Shown here piece after piece: positions 1 to 11,263 of a DNA stretch of 47,530 nt. Both the position numbers and the translations under genes were made by a program. The notes beneath the pieces were generated by a model that did no database searches, had not been told where the DNA came from, and was given only the letters and a program-made list of their open reading frames with translations. This stretch comes from Thermoplasmatales archaeon SW_10_69_26 (GTDB taxonomy: Archaea; Thermoplasmatota; SW-10-69-26). The stretch covers positions 1 through 47,530 of the forward strand of contig PXUB01000034.1 in assembly GCA_003009755.1 (NCBI GenBank). The letters are read 5' to 3'. How positions within the stretch are numbered: the first letter of the stretch is position 1; every line of letters begins with the position of its first letter.

Positions 1-264
1 GAGGTCGACGGCGACGACGCTTGCGGGAGCGGCGAGGGCGTTCCCGTCGGCGTCGGCCTGCTGAGGGCGGCCCTTCGGGCGGCGGCCTGAGCGGCCAATC
101 TCATCGTCGGCCTGCATCGAAAACCCGCAGGGGGTTTCCTGCTTCGGCCTCCTTGACCTTGACGCGCTCATTCGCACGAGCCCTCCGGGCTCGTACTTTC
201 GGGAGACCGTGCCCGGTCTCCCGAGACCGGCGCGAGAGCTCAAGCAAAACACGTCCGGCAGTCT
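1..264. repeat. Partial copy (left end outside the window) of the structured intergenic element at 13687-14194
   Basis: 1-24 matches 13776-13799 (23/24). 172-265 aligns with 14104-14195, sharing two hairpins and the terminal ccggcagtcta. Confidence 0.8.
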
Positions 265-462
265 AACCCCTCGGTCGGGGTATACGTTGGCCCGCCACCG
301 GTCACGGTGGTCGCGGCGGGACGCGCGAGACGTCCGCGCGAATCACGGGTCGAGAGGACGAGGCGAGGAGAGCAGGCGCCGCGGACGCCGACGCCCGTAC
401 GACCACGGCGCGAAGGGCGCCGCGGGGCGAGGCAGATGACCCCGGCCGCAGACCCAGCGCGC

Positions 463-3273
<2,811 letters not shown>

Positions 3274-3369
3274 TGTTGGGCCCGGATGCCAGGTCCCTTT
3301 CTTCAAGGTTGGCGAAGGCCACGGTCGAGGGTGGCCACCCCGGCCCCGATCCGGGTCGATCGACGACCG

Positions 3370-4734
3370 TCAGCGGGCGCGGGCCCGACCGGCGAGCGCG
3401 AGCGCGGCCATCAGCGACGCCAGCGTGACACCCATGCCGAGCGGGACGGCCGAGGGGCCCTCGCCGTCGGCGGAGGCCTCCTCGAGGTCCGCGCCGGTGG
3501 AGGCGTTGTCGGGGGGCGTGGTCGCGGTCCCCTCGACGACGGCTCGCGAGCTGTCGGGGTGGAACAGGGCCGCGGCGTGGCCGCGCAGCGGGTGCACGGC
3601 GTCGTGGACGAGCCCGTCCTCGGTGACGACGCCGGGCTCGATCGTGTGCTGCTCCATGAGGTCCTTGACCTCCTCCTCGTTCGGGAGCTCGTAGGCCTTC
3701 GCCAGATCCCCGGTCGTGTTGCCCTCGACGTACTTCTCGGATGGCAGCTCGACGGCCAGCTCGGCGCTTTTCTCCTTCGCCGTCGAGAACCGGTCGGCGT
3801 GCTGGTCGACGTACCGCGTGGCGGCGTCCATCACGACCCGTTGGATCTCGATCCGTCGCTCCGGCGTGTGGAACTCGTTGGGGTACTGGTCGACGCGCGT
3901 CTCGATCAACAGCCCGGCCACGTTGTGAAGGCCGTAGTGGTTGCGCAGGATGCCGGGGTCGGGGCCGCCGGCGATCTTGTCGACGCCCTCGTCGTTGACG
4001 GTGACCTCACCGTACTCGTTGACGCTGTAGCCCTCCTCCTCGACCTGAGGCCAGATGCCCTGGTACATCAGGTCACTCGCGGCGTCCAGCGTCGGGCCGC
4101 GCACGTTGCCGTGGATCGGGTACAGGGTCAACAGATCGTGGTCGTAGGTCCGCACGGGCACGGGGTTGCCGGGACCGAAACCGCCGTACTCGTGGTGGTC
4201 GAGCGCCACGTCGATGTCCCAGTCGTTGATGACGCGGTGCACGGCCTCGGCTTCGGGCGTCTCGAGGTCGATGTGGTCGCGGTTGATGTCGACGCCGTCG
4301 GCGTTGCCGCGCTGGAAGGCCTCGCTGCCGTCGGGGTTCACCATCGGCATCACGACGAGCACCTGGTCGTCGAGCCGATCGGTGACCGGTCCGCCGGCGG
4401 TGACGTTCTCCAGCAGACGGATCGCGGCCGGTGTGCCGGCCGGCTCGTTGCCGTGTTGCTGGGTCAGGATGAGCGTGACGGCGCGCTCCTCGCGCGGCGT
4501 CGTCGCGTTCGGATCGGCGACCTCGGCGACCTTGATCGGGCGATCCTCGGTCGAGGTGCCGACCTGGGTGACCTCGATCCAGGGATGCTCGTCGAACGTC
4601 GACAGCCGATCTTGCACCTCGTCGGGGCCGGGGAAGGCCTCCTCGTCCTGCGAGAGCTGAGCTCCCACGGTCCCGGCGATGCCGGACAAGAGGAGCGGTA
4701 CCACCAGCGCGAGCGCGAGCCGTCGACGTGCCAA
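3370..4734 (-). CDS. Secreted, C-terminally anchored M14 zinc carboxypeptidase
   Basis: HGNE zinc motif, NPDG..RGNADGVDINRD and DHHE. N-terminal signal peptide; C-terminal TM segment plus basic tail. TTG start at 4734 has GGAGG 7 nt upstream (the ORF track extends it to 4779). Confidence 0.88.
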   Translation of the reverse strand: MARRRLALALVVPLLLSGIAGTVGAQLSQDEEAFPGPDEVQDRLSTFDEHPWIEVTQVGTSTEDRPIKVAEVADPNATTPREERAVTLILTQQHGNEPAGTPAAIRLLENVTAGGPVTDRLDDQVLVVMPMVNPDGSEAFQRGNADGVDINRDHIDLETPEAEAVHRVINDWDIDVALDHHEYGGFGPGNPVPVRTYDHDLLTLYPIHGNVRGPTLDAASDLMYQGIWPQVEEEGYSVNEYGEVTVNDEGVDKIAGGPDPGILRNHYGLHNVAGLLIETRVDQYPNEFHTPERRIEIQRVVMDAATRYVDQHADRFSTAKEKSAELAVELPSEKYVEGNTTGDLAKAYELPNEEEVKDLMEQHTIEPGVVTEDGLVHDAVHPLRGHAAALFHPDSSRAVVEGTATTPPDNASTGADLEEASADGEGPSAVPLGMGVTLASLMAALALAGRARAR

Positions 4735-4796
4735 GCGTGGGCCTCCAACAGCGGCGACGACCTTCGCCCTTCTAAGCACTTCGGCGCATCAGTGGG

Positions 4797-5008
4797 TCAG
4801 TGGCGTCGCGCGATCCGCAGGAAGCTCACACCACGAGGACGAGCATGCCCACGATCGTCGCCGCAGCTCCGATCGCCGCCAGCGAGGCTACGATCCGTCG
4901 CGGCCACCGGCCGCGAACCTCCGCGTAGGCGATGCTGGCCAAGATCGCCAGCGGTGCCCCCACGACGATGAGGGCGGACAGCCAGGAGGACGGCGCACCA
5001 GCGGGCAC
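4797..5008 (-). pseudogene. Small two-TM membrane protein, possibly frameshifted at its C-terminus
   Basis: 60-aa hydrophobic ORF (4826-5008) stops at ..LVLVV*. A natural positive-inside tail (SFLRIARRH*) continues in another frame across gtggtgtgagc. Confidence 0.35.
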
Positions 5009-5380
5009 GTCGGGGACCAGACGGACCTGGGTTAAAAGGATTGTCTAGCTGTGGGGTGAACGGCGAACAGGGCATCACGCAACGATGCGGCTCTGCAGGA
5101 ACGCGCCTGGAGAGGACGGCGAGGGCTACGAGCACGCCAGCCGCGAGCTCGCGCGGACCTCTTCGACGCGATGGGGGTTGGCCGCCAGCGAGCCGAGCGT
5201 GGAACGGAAGGCCGGCAGGAGCGAGATCCTGACGGTTCATCCACGACCGTGATGAGGATCGGAGCCCATCAGTCAACGCACAAGAGGGAGCTGTAAGCAT
5301 CGACTCTCCTCTTGGAAGCGCGGGAGGCCCCACTGCCGGAGCGACAGAAGCTTCAAGGCGACCGAAAACATGCAAACGTA

Positions 5381-6601
5381 ATGGACACCCAGGGGTCCCT
5401 GCTGGCGGTTGTCCTTGTCCTGTCGATGCTTTTTCTCGTCAGCTCGGCCGCCGATGCCTCGTGGACACACCCCCGGGCGGATTCCGCCAATACGGGGGCC
5501 ACCGGGGCCACACACCCAGGCAACGGTTCGACGGCCTGGACGAAAGCCTTCGAGCACGAGATCATCGGATCCCCCGTCCCGGGGAACGGGAACGTCCTCC
5601 TCGCCGAAGCGGAAGTCCACGCTTTCGACACCGAGACGGGAGAAGAGGAATGGAGTTTCCGACCGACGTGGTCGAACTTCACCCTTCCACCCGGGTGGAT
5701 CGAGACTACCCCGGTCACCGACGGCGAGACCGTCCTGTTCTCGACGGCATATCCCTCGATCCACGCAATCGATGCCGAGACTGGGACCGAGCGATGGAGG
5801 GTGCAAACCGAGAACGTTCACCGGTCGCTCATCGTCTCCAACGGGACGATCTTCTCCGCTGCCGACCTGAACATCACAGCACACTCGTTGACCGACGGCG
5901 AGGACCAGTGGAGCTTCGACGTCGACAACCCGCTTCAGGGGCTGACCGTCGACGGTGACATCCTGTACGCGGTCTCCTCCAACCAGACGGAGGGGAGCGT
6001 TCACGCCCTCGATACCGACGATGGAGAGCGGTTTTGGTCTCAGCCCACGGAGGAAGCCGTGACGGCACGCCCTGCCATCGGAGAGGAAACCGTGTTGATC
6101 GGAGGAGGCTCGAAAGACGGTTTCGTTCGCGCCTACGAAAGGTCGGGAGGAGAGGAGCTCTGGAAGGCGAACACGTCAGGTGTGGTTCGATCGGTTTCCC
6201 TGGCCGACGGTCGTGTTCTTGCGACGGAGCAAACGGTCAACGATAGCCGTTTGGACCTTTCCGTGCTCTCGGTCGAGAGCGGGGAAAAGGCATGGTCCGC
6301 AGAGGGTGTCTCAGTGCACGTCTCCGTCGCGAACGAGATCGTGTATGTCGGCGGAAGCGATGTGCACGGATTGAGTCTCGAAACCGGCAAGATGGTTCGG
6401 TTCTTCTCGGGGGTTCGATCAGCCGAGACGGTTTCGGTGGGTTCCGGGCTCGTGTTCGCTACGACAGACACGGAACTCCATGCCCTCAACGGAGGTCAAG
6501 AGATTCACTCCTCGGCGGAGAATGAGACCGATGGTCCTGGCGTGGTAGCTGTCCTCTGTGTCGCGTGGTCAACGATCGTTGTTCGCCGGCGGGTTGTCTG
6601 A
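5381..6601 (+). CDS. PQQ-like (BamB-type) beta-propeller repeat protein, secreted and C-terminally anchored
   Basis: Signal peptide and W.HPRAD..NTG start. Repeated 'vHA.D.eTG.e.W' blades. C-terminal GPG-TM-RRR. ATG at 5381. Confidence 0.85.
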   Translation: MDTQGSLLAVVLVLSMLFLVSSAADASWTHPRADSANTGATGATHPGNGSTAWTKAFEHEIIGSPVPGNGNVLLAEAEVHAFDTETGEEEWSFRPTWSNFTLPPGWIETTPVTDGETVLFSTAYPSIHAIDAETGTERWRVQTENVHRSLIVSNGTIFSAADLNITAHSLTDGEDQWSFDVDNPLQGLTVDGDILYAVSSNQTEGSVHALDTDDGERFWSQPTEEAVTARPAIGEETVLIGGGSKDGFVRAYERSGGEELWKANTSGVVRSVSLADGRVLATEQTVNDSRLDLSVLSVESGEKAWSAEGVSVHVSVANEIVYVGGSDVHGLSLETGKMVRFFSGVRSAETVSVGSGLVFATTDTELHALNGGQEIHSSAENETDGPGVVAVLCVAWSTIVVRRRVV

Positions 6602-6782
6602 AACCGGCCGGGTCGACGCTTGGCTCCCACAGCGGATCTTTCGTTTCCTCAGGAGCTGCCTGGGAACCCAAAGCCCTCTCAGGGACCTCCTCAAGCGGAA
6701 CGAAGGGAACCAGGGGGACCTCGAGCAGGTCCACGCTCTCAGAGAGCGGGAGCGTGTCGCCATCCTGGCCTGGGCTTTGGCC

Positions 6783-7211
6783 TCACTTCGTCCGGTCTGC
6801 TTCGTCCAGCAAGCCCCCAGTGGTCACGGTGCGCACCGGGGCCTCGTCGGCGAGGGTGTTGTCGTGCGTCCAAAGCCTCCCGTCCACGGCGAGCACAGCC
6901 GCGATGTAGGGGGCGTCTTTGCGACCGGCTTTCCCCGCAAGCTCGAGCGCTTCCTCGCGTTCCTGCTCAATCGATGCCTCGGGGATGTCCACGATCCTGT
7001 CCCGGGTCTGACGAAGCAGCTCGTCCAGCGCGGCCGCGGGGAGGTTCGTTTTCTGGAGCAACCAGTCGTAGCGCCCGGCAACCTCCTCCCACAACCACGG
7101 AGGGCTGCGCAGGTCCAGTCCACGATCGAGGACGATCTCGCGCGTGGCGCCGTCGGCGATGAAGGCTGCGAACACGACGTTCGCGTCGACGACGATCGGG
7201 TCGGTGTCCAT
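6783..7211 (-). CDS. vapC: PIN-domain toxin (VapC-like ribonuclease)
   Basis: 142 aa with IVVDANV at the N-terminus and acidic PIN residues in KDAPY and LWTHD. Directly abuts the upstream small gene. Confidence 0.88.
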   Translation of the reverse strand: MDTDPIVVDANVVFAAFIADGATREIVLDRGLDLRSPPWLWEEVAGRYDWLLQKTNLPAAALDELLRQTRDRIVDIPEASIEQEREEALELAGKAGRKDAPYIAAVLAVDGRLWTHDNTLADEAPVRTVTTGGLLDEADRTK

Positions 7212-7433
7212 TCACCAACCTAGCCGGTCGAGGATGCTCTGCTTGGCCTCGTCGCCGGCCTCGATCGCGTCCTCCTGGGTGAGTTCGCTCCCGGCCAGCA
7301 ACTCGTCCCACATGTGGACCTCCCGGGCTTTCCGGCGGAAGGCCTCACGGGCAACGTGGCTCCAGTTGATGCCCGGGTGGTTCTTGATCACCTCGTAGGT
7401 CTCCTCGTCGAGGGACAGCGTCATGTTCGGCAT
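7212..7433 (-). CDS. vapB: Antitoxin, archaeal ribbon-helix-helix VapB-like
   Basis: 73 aa, MPNMTLSLDEETYEVIKNHPGINWSHVAREAFRRK (strand-helix-helix). Its stop codon is adjacent to the PIN gene ATG. Confidence 0.8.
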   Translation of the reverse strand: MPNMTLSLDEETYEVIKNHPGINWSHVAREAFRRKAREVHMWDELLAGSELTQEDAIEAGDEAKQSILDRLGW

Positions 7434-7435
7434 GT

Positions 7436-7466
7436 TAGCACATGGTTGTGTGCTACGCATATTTAT
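7436..7466 (-). promoter_or_regulatory. vapBC promoter: TATA box plus inverted-repeat operator
   Basis: ATAAATAT at 7466-7459 (minus strand). Perfect inverted repeat tagcaca-N6-tgtgcta at 7436-7455 lies between the TATA box and the ATG. Confidence 0.7.
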
Positions 7467-7487
7467 GTGTTACTCGGTCGGGCGGGA

Positions 7488-7988
7488 TCAGTCCCGTCTA
7501 CGATAGGCCTGGACTCCCCAGAGGAAGCGCGTATCGTCGAAGCCCCCGCTTCCCTGCAGCCCGGTCCAGAAGGGACACTCGGGGCAGTCTTGACCCTCGG
7601 GGAAGTCGATCTTCTCCTCATGCGGGCACCCGGTGACGCCCTGCGAGAGAACGAGCGTGTCCAAGCCCCAGTCGTCCATCGTGGCCTCGATGGTATGCTG
7701 GACGTCCGCGTCCTGGTGGGCTGCGTCCGCGTACCACTTCTCCATCCCGCCGGCGGCCTTCTCGTACCCGTCGATCCGGGTGAGCACCGCCTTGGTGGCC
7801 TGCGTGGGGTCGGGACCATAGTAGGTCAACGTGGCGAACGGTGGGTCGACGTTGGCCCGGTCGTTTTCGGCGATCCAGTCCGGGCTGGGCGGGGCGATGT
7901 CCAGTGGGTTCGCACCCCGTCGAGCCAGGCTGGTCAGCTCGGCGGCCTTCTGCTTGGCTGGCAGGTCTTCGTTGGGAAGCTCCACCAT
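7488..7988 (-). CDS. Hypothetical protein with C-terminal Cys/His metal-binding motif
   Basis: 166 aa. Contains ATLTYYGPD..ATKAV and GCPHEEKIDFPEGQDCPECPFW; coding-like acidic composition. Confidence 0.7.
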   Translation of the reverse strand: MVELPNEDLPAKQKAAELTSLARRGANPLDIAPPSPDWIAENDRANVDPPFATLTYYGPDPTQATKAVLTRIDGYEKAAGGMEKWYADAAHQDADVQHTIEATMDDWGLDTLVLSQGVTGCPHEEKIDFPEGQDCPECPFWTGLQGSGGFDDTRFLWGVQAYRRRD

Positions 7989-8119
7989 GAGCGGACAACC
8001 GCGCTTCCGGAGATGAAGCCTCGGGCGCAAACGGCGGGCCCGCGCGACTCTGCCCGGGGCTTCGGTCGACCGGAAGCGGTGCCGCAACGTTGAAACGGTC
8101 CCCGAAGCCTGCCCTGGCT

Positions 8120-9127
8120 ATGGGGAAGGTCGGCCGCAACGATCCCTGCCCGTGCGGGTCGGGGACCATGTACAAGAAGTGCTGTCTGCCCGAGGACCGG
8201 GCCCAGGGCATGGTGAAGGGCTCCAGCCCCGACGTCGAGGAGCGCATCTCTCGGATCCCGGACATCAACGAGATCGACCTGTCCACGGGTTCCCCCACGC
8301 CCTCCTCGCCCACGCGACGGTTCCCCGACGAGCTGGCCAAGCGGGTCGAGGCGGTCGACCGGTTGCTGGACGAGAAGGGCTTCCCCGGGCCCTGGGCCGA
8401 ACGCCAGGACGCGTTGACCGAGACCCAGGCGGCCTTCGAGCAAGCCTGTAGGGCTCGATGGGCGCAACGTGCCGGCGAGAAGGACCGGCTCGTGCAGGCC
8501 CGGGAGCGGTTGCTGGAAGCCGACGACGAGTCCCGCTTCACCAAGCGATACCAGGAGGGCTACCAGGAGCGCCGCGAGGCGCTGGCCAAGCCGCTCGAGG
8601 TGTTGACCGAGGCCGGTGAGGAGGGCATCCCCCACCTTGGCGTCCGCCTGAACGAGGACTCCTGGGCCAGCGTGCTGGCCATCGAGACGTTAGCCGAGAT
8701 GCCCTCGAGCCCTCTCAGAGATCGCGCGATCGTGGAGGCGTTGTTCACGCCCGGCGAGTGGCGCAACGACACCGCCACGCGCGCCAGCCAGGAGATGAAC
8801 CCGGAGGCCTCGTGGGCGGCGTTCGAGCACGTGGTCCACCAGGCCAGCAAGGACGGGGTGGAGCTGCAGCACTTCTTCTGGAGCGGGCTCTTGGAGGAGG
8901 AGCCGGCCACGTTGAGCCAGCCGTTGCGCCCGGGGCCGCGATTCGGGGACGCGATCGAACTGTTGTACGACGAAGGGCACCTCGCCGCGCTCAGCGACGG
9001 TCTCTTCCACGTGCTGGATCCCTCCCTGGACGGGGTCGAGTCCGTGGAGGCCTTCCTCGACGACGAGGGCGTGCAGGCCGCGATCGAGCACATCCGATCG
9101 ACCGAATCCCCGCGGATCGGGCACTGA
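8120..9127 (+). CDS. SEC-C motif-containing protein
   Basis: N-terminal KVGRNDPCPCGSGTMYKKCC is a canonical SEC-C zinc motif; the remainder looks helical. May be truncated at its 3' end. Confidence 0.82.
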   Translation: MGKVGRNDPCPCGSGTMYKKCCLPEDRAQGMVKGSSPDVEERISRIPDINEIDLSTGSPTPSSPTRRFPDELAKRVEAVDRLLDEKGFPGPWAERQDALTETQAAFEQACRARWAQRAGEKDRLVQARERLLEADDESRFTKRYQEGYQERREALAKPLEVLTEAGEEGIPHLGVRLNEDSWASVLAIETLAEMPSSPLRDRAIVEALFTPGEWRNDTATRASQEMNPEASWAAFEHVVHQASKDGVELQHFFWSGLLEEEPATLSQPLRPGPRFGDAIELLYDEGHLAALSDGLFHVLDPSLDGVESVEAFLDDEGVQAAIEHIRSTESPRIGH

Positions 9128-9761
9128 CTCCACATGGTGGAGGAGCTGTTGTCGATGGCGATTGGCTCCGCCAAAGCGGGCCCTAGATAATCCAGGCGCT
9201 CTCCGACCTCGCAGAGCTCATGGTCGAGGCCCTCGATCAGGTCCTTCAACGCTGGAGCCCCGCCGACGCAAGATACCCGATCGGGGAAGCTGGGTACAGC
9301 TTGCCGTGACTACGAATCCGGTACGGCCGTAGGATGTCCTCCTCAAACATTTCCGGACAAGCGTCCCGCGACCGCATTCTCGGTTCCTTGGGGGGGCCAC
9401 CTGGCTGCCGCCTGCCCGATCACACAGACATCTCCGAGAAAGCAGGCATCCCAAGACCGACCATCGGTGCCCAATTCTAAGACCGAACTCGCCGCCCGAT
9501 TATGGACCGGCGAGGACGAGTGGGGCCACGATCTGTCCCCCGAGACCGTGCAATGCCGTCGGTCGAGATCCCAACGGATCGAGGGCCCGTCGTCTTCCCG
9601 GGCAAGCACTGCCATCTCCGTCTCACCTCGGAACCCGCTGGAGGTCCTTCCCTCGCTGATCGGCTCGGTCGACCTCCAGATCCGAACGTCCCGCCTCGCT
9701 TCGTCGGTCTCGGCCGAACGTTGGATCTGCAGACGGCGCCCTCCAATCCAGCCGTCTGGAA

Positions 9762-9777
9762 ACGCGCCCGGCGGGAT
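9762..9777 (-). repeat. Copy of the tRNA-Arg 3' end (att-like)
   Basis: acgcgcccggcgggat is identical to 9988-10003. Confidence 0.7.
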
Positions 9778-9857
9778 CCGAGGACCGGCGTAACTGTGCG
9801 GTCTTCGGAGACGCCGGGCGCGCTCTCTGCAGCTGAAGGAATCGACAATTGCGCGAG

Positions 9858-9874
9858 CGCGCCCGGCGGGATTT
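9858..9874 (-). repeat. Copy of the tRNA-Arg 3' end (att-like)
   Basis: cgcgcccggcgggattt is identical to 9989-10005. Confidence 0.72.
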
Positions 9875-9988
9875 TCGGACGAACGGATCCTGCGGTGGAC
9901 ACCGTTCGTCCTCTCCCGAGACGCGACCGGTGTCCCCGCGTCTCGGGATGAACCAAGGTTCAAATCCGTCGGGCTTGGCTGCTATCGA

Positions 9989-10063
9989 CGCGCCCGGCGG
10001 GATTTGAACCCGCGCTCACCGGCTTAGGAGGCCGGTGCCATATCCGGACTTGGCCACGGGCGC
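9989..10063 (-). tRNA. tRNA-Arg(CCU)
   Basis: Reverse complement GCGCCCG TG GCCA AGTCCGGATA TGGC A CCGGC CTCCTAA GCCGG TGAGC GCGGG TTCAAAT CCCGC CGGGCGC G folds as a full cloverleaf. Anticodon CCT, A20, no encoded CCA. Confidence 0.96.
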
Positions 10064-10240
10064 AGAGCGTGGAACAGGCACCGGCCTCCGTGATATAAGG
10101 CCGGTGCCATCGAGAGGCTCCCCGAGCCTCGAGAGAGGACGGATCTGCGATCCGTCCGAATATCCGGACTTGGCCACGGGCGCAGAGCGTGGAGCAGGCA
10201 CCGGCCTCCGTGGTATAAGGCCGGTGCCATCGAGAGGCTC
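10040..10240. repeat. 81-bp direct duplication (120-bp period) of the tRNA promoter plus the first 24 nt of the tRNA
   Basis: 10040-10120 and 10160-10240 differ at 2 positions. Confidence 0.92.
10078..10108 (-). promoter_or_regulatory. tRNA TATA box (TTATAT) embedded in an inverted repeat
   Basis: TTATAT at 10098-10093 starts 35 nt before the mature 5' end and is flanked by GGCACCGGCCT/AGGCCGGTGCC. Confidence 0.65.
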
Positions 10241-10581
10241 TGTGATCGAGGCCCAAGCGAGGAATCCGCCGTGACGGATCGCGTTCGACGACCTATGCGC
10301 CGCTGCCGGGCCGTCGAGAGGGGCTGGGAGCGAGGGCGCTCGTCGGCACCCGCGCCCCAGCGAGGAACGTGACGGTCCGGGGTCCACGCTGTACCGCGGC
10401 CTCCCGCCCCGCCAAAAGTGGATGCTCGGACCTGTTGATACCTCTTGTTGTGGGCTTTTGACCTCGCAGTTGTGGAGGTTTCATTCCTGGCCGGCTCGCC
10501 GCCGCGGTCGGCTGTGTGGGCATCCCAAGGGTTTCCATCCGGGTCCCGTTTCCGCCTACGACGCTGGCTGAGGTGACCGTA

Positions 10582-10773
10582 ATGGCTCACACCTACACTT
10601 GCGACTACTGCGGCGAGGAGATCGATCGCGGAGACGATTCAGCCAACCTGCAGCTCCAGACGGTCGAGCAGGAGCCGACGTGGGAACGGCACTTCTGCTG
10701 CACCTCGCACCTCATCAACTGGATCAACGAGGATCCGACCGAGCTCGAACCCCACCTGGCCTTCGGCGACTAA
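10582..10773 (+). CDS. Small zinc-finger protein (CxxCG ... HFCC, TRASH/CPxCG-related)
   Basis: 63 aa MAHTYTCDYCGEEI...RHFCCTSHLINW, with a GAGGTGA Shine-Dalgarno at 10570-10576. Confidence 0.85.
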   Translation: MAHTYTCDYCGEEIDRGDDSANLQLQTVEQEPTWERHFCCTSHLINWINEDPTELEPHLAFGD

Positions 10774-10887
10774 GCCCCAGGCGGATCCGAACAACAGCAC
10801 GCCTCGGGCTCCGGGCACGTCTCGACGCGGACACCATCCTCCACGACGCACTCGCAATCCGCACATCCCGTGCGCACGTGAGATCAC

Positions 10888-11160
10888 CTATCCGCGGTAG
10901 AGGACGACGGTGTTGCCACGCACCTCGATCAGGTGCGCCTCCGTGCGCTCGGCGAGGTCCTCCCCGGCCTCCTCGGTGCCGGTCTCGGCTGCCGCCGATC
11001 GCAGCACCCGGACCTTGACGAGGTCGTCGCTGGCCAGCTGGCGGTCGACCTCCTCGACGAAGCCCTCCGAGAGGCCGGCTTTGCCGACCTGCAGCTCGGC
11101 CGACAGCTGCTGAGCTTCGCCGCGAAGCTCCTGGACCCGGTCCGTGGGCAGCTCGTCCAT
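10888..11160 (-). CDS. yhbY: YhbY family (CRM domain) RNA-binding protein
   Basis: LRGEAQQL..LQVGKAGLSEGFVEEV..L...DLVKVRVL ... IEVRGNTVVLYR. Confidence 0.92.
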   Translation of the reverse strand: MDELPTDRVQELRGEAQQLSAELQVGKAGLSEGFVEEVDRQLASDDLVKVRVLRSAAAETGTEEAGEDLAERTEAHLIEVRGNTVVLYRG

Positions 11161-11263
11161 CACGCCTCGCCAGCAGCCGCTCCCATGTGAACGTTCCCCC
11201 CTCGGCCCCGGTCACCACCGCTTGCGGACAACGCTGAAACCCTCGCCGACGACCGTCGTCGAC

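Noticed and set aside
5030-5300. Distal att copy or integrase closing the island
   Set aside because: No match to the tRNA 3' end and no integrase motifs found; only a short hydrophobic remnant (ELAAGVLVALAVL).
9343-9963. Overlapping ORFs of 108-206 aa
   Set aside because: They lack the acidic composition and codon bias of real genes here and run through the tRNA-derived repeats.
10160-10183. Second complete tRNA gene
   Set aside because: Only the first 24 nt are present; no anticodon loop, T arm or 3' acceptor strand follows.
10040-10240. Possible CRISPR array
   Set aside because: Only two 81-bp units, derived from the tRNA and its promoter; no repeat-spacer periodicity and no cas genes.
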